A stretch of DNA of 64,000 bases from assembly GCF_001194135.2 (NCBI RefSeq), contig NC_068995.1, forward strand, positions 29,051,472-29,115,471. Reading direction: 5' to 3'. The DNA comes from Octopus bimaculoides. Its lineage: Eukaryota. Shown in pieces: positions 63,611 through 64,000 of this stretch (within the stretch, counting starts at the first letter, position 1; each line of letters starts with the position of its first letter). Position numbers and translations under genes: made by a program. The notes beneath the pieces are model-generated. The model ran no database searches, was not told the origin of the DNA, and saw only the letters and a list, made by a program, of their open reading frames with translations.

Positions 63611-64000
63611 ATATCGTACTGTTTCAGTACGAGCTTACTTCACATGAATGTAAAAATTCAAGAGAATGCAGACATCTTCCTTGCTACGGCCACCTCAAGT
63701 TACAGGGGTTCACGCTTACGTAGATTGTAAAGCAGGACCACTAATTTCAGGAGACGGTCTGTACGGATTAAAAATAACAATCGCTTCTCGCTGTTTTACA
63801 TAAAATCAAAGTATAATTAACAATTTGAAAAACTATAATCGTGATACATACATACATACATACATACACCCAGACCAGATTTCTGGTTCGAGGATACTCT
63901 CTGCCTTCTCGCTAGTTTCGAACCCACTGCACCGGATCTTAGTTACTCCCTTCTTTCCTGACTAAAAGATTAAATATATATATATATATATATATATATA

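Overview
AT-rich, repeat-saturated eukaryotic genomic DNA with 10 N-gaps, mostly next to microsatellites. The SINE families, Penelope-like elements (PLEs) and microsatellite load suggest an octopus genome; this is an inference from recalled repeat motifs, not a database result. No prokaryotic features, CRISPR, rRNA or true tRNA genes were found. Most of the window is decayed mobile DNA: three mariner relics, three L1/Tx1-type LINE relics, four fragments of restriction-like-endonuclease (R4/Dong-type) LINEs, several PLE fragments, about 20 copies of two tRNA-derived SINE families, and a third short repeat family. One PLE terminal fragment carries a minimal hammerhead-ribozyme motif with a variant core, and two PLE copies form a roughly 0.5-kb inverted repeat. 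Manual splice-site reading suggests two spliced minus-strand genes with no family I can recognise: a signal-peptide-bearing precursor starting at 63610, and a roughly 186-aa protein across 24485-5855. There is also a tandemly duplicated plus-strand exon candidate. All gene models are hand-built and tentative. The long ORFs in the supplied track are microsatellite or N-gap artefacts.
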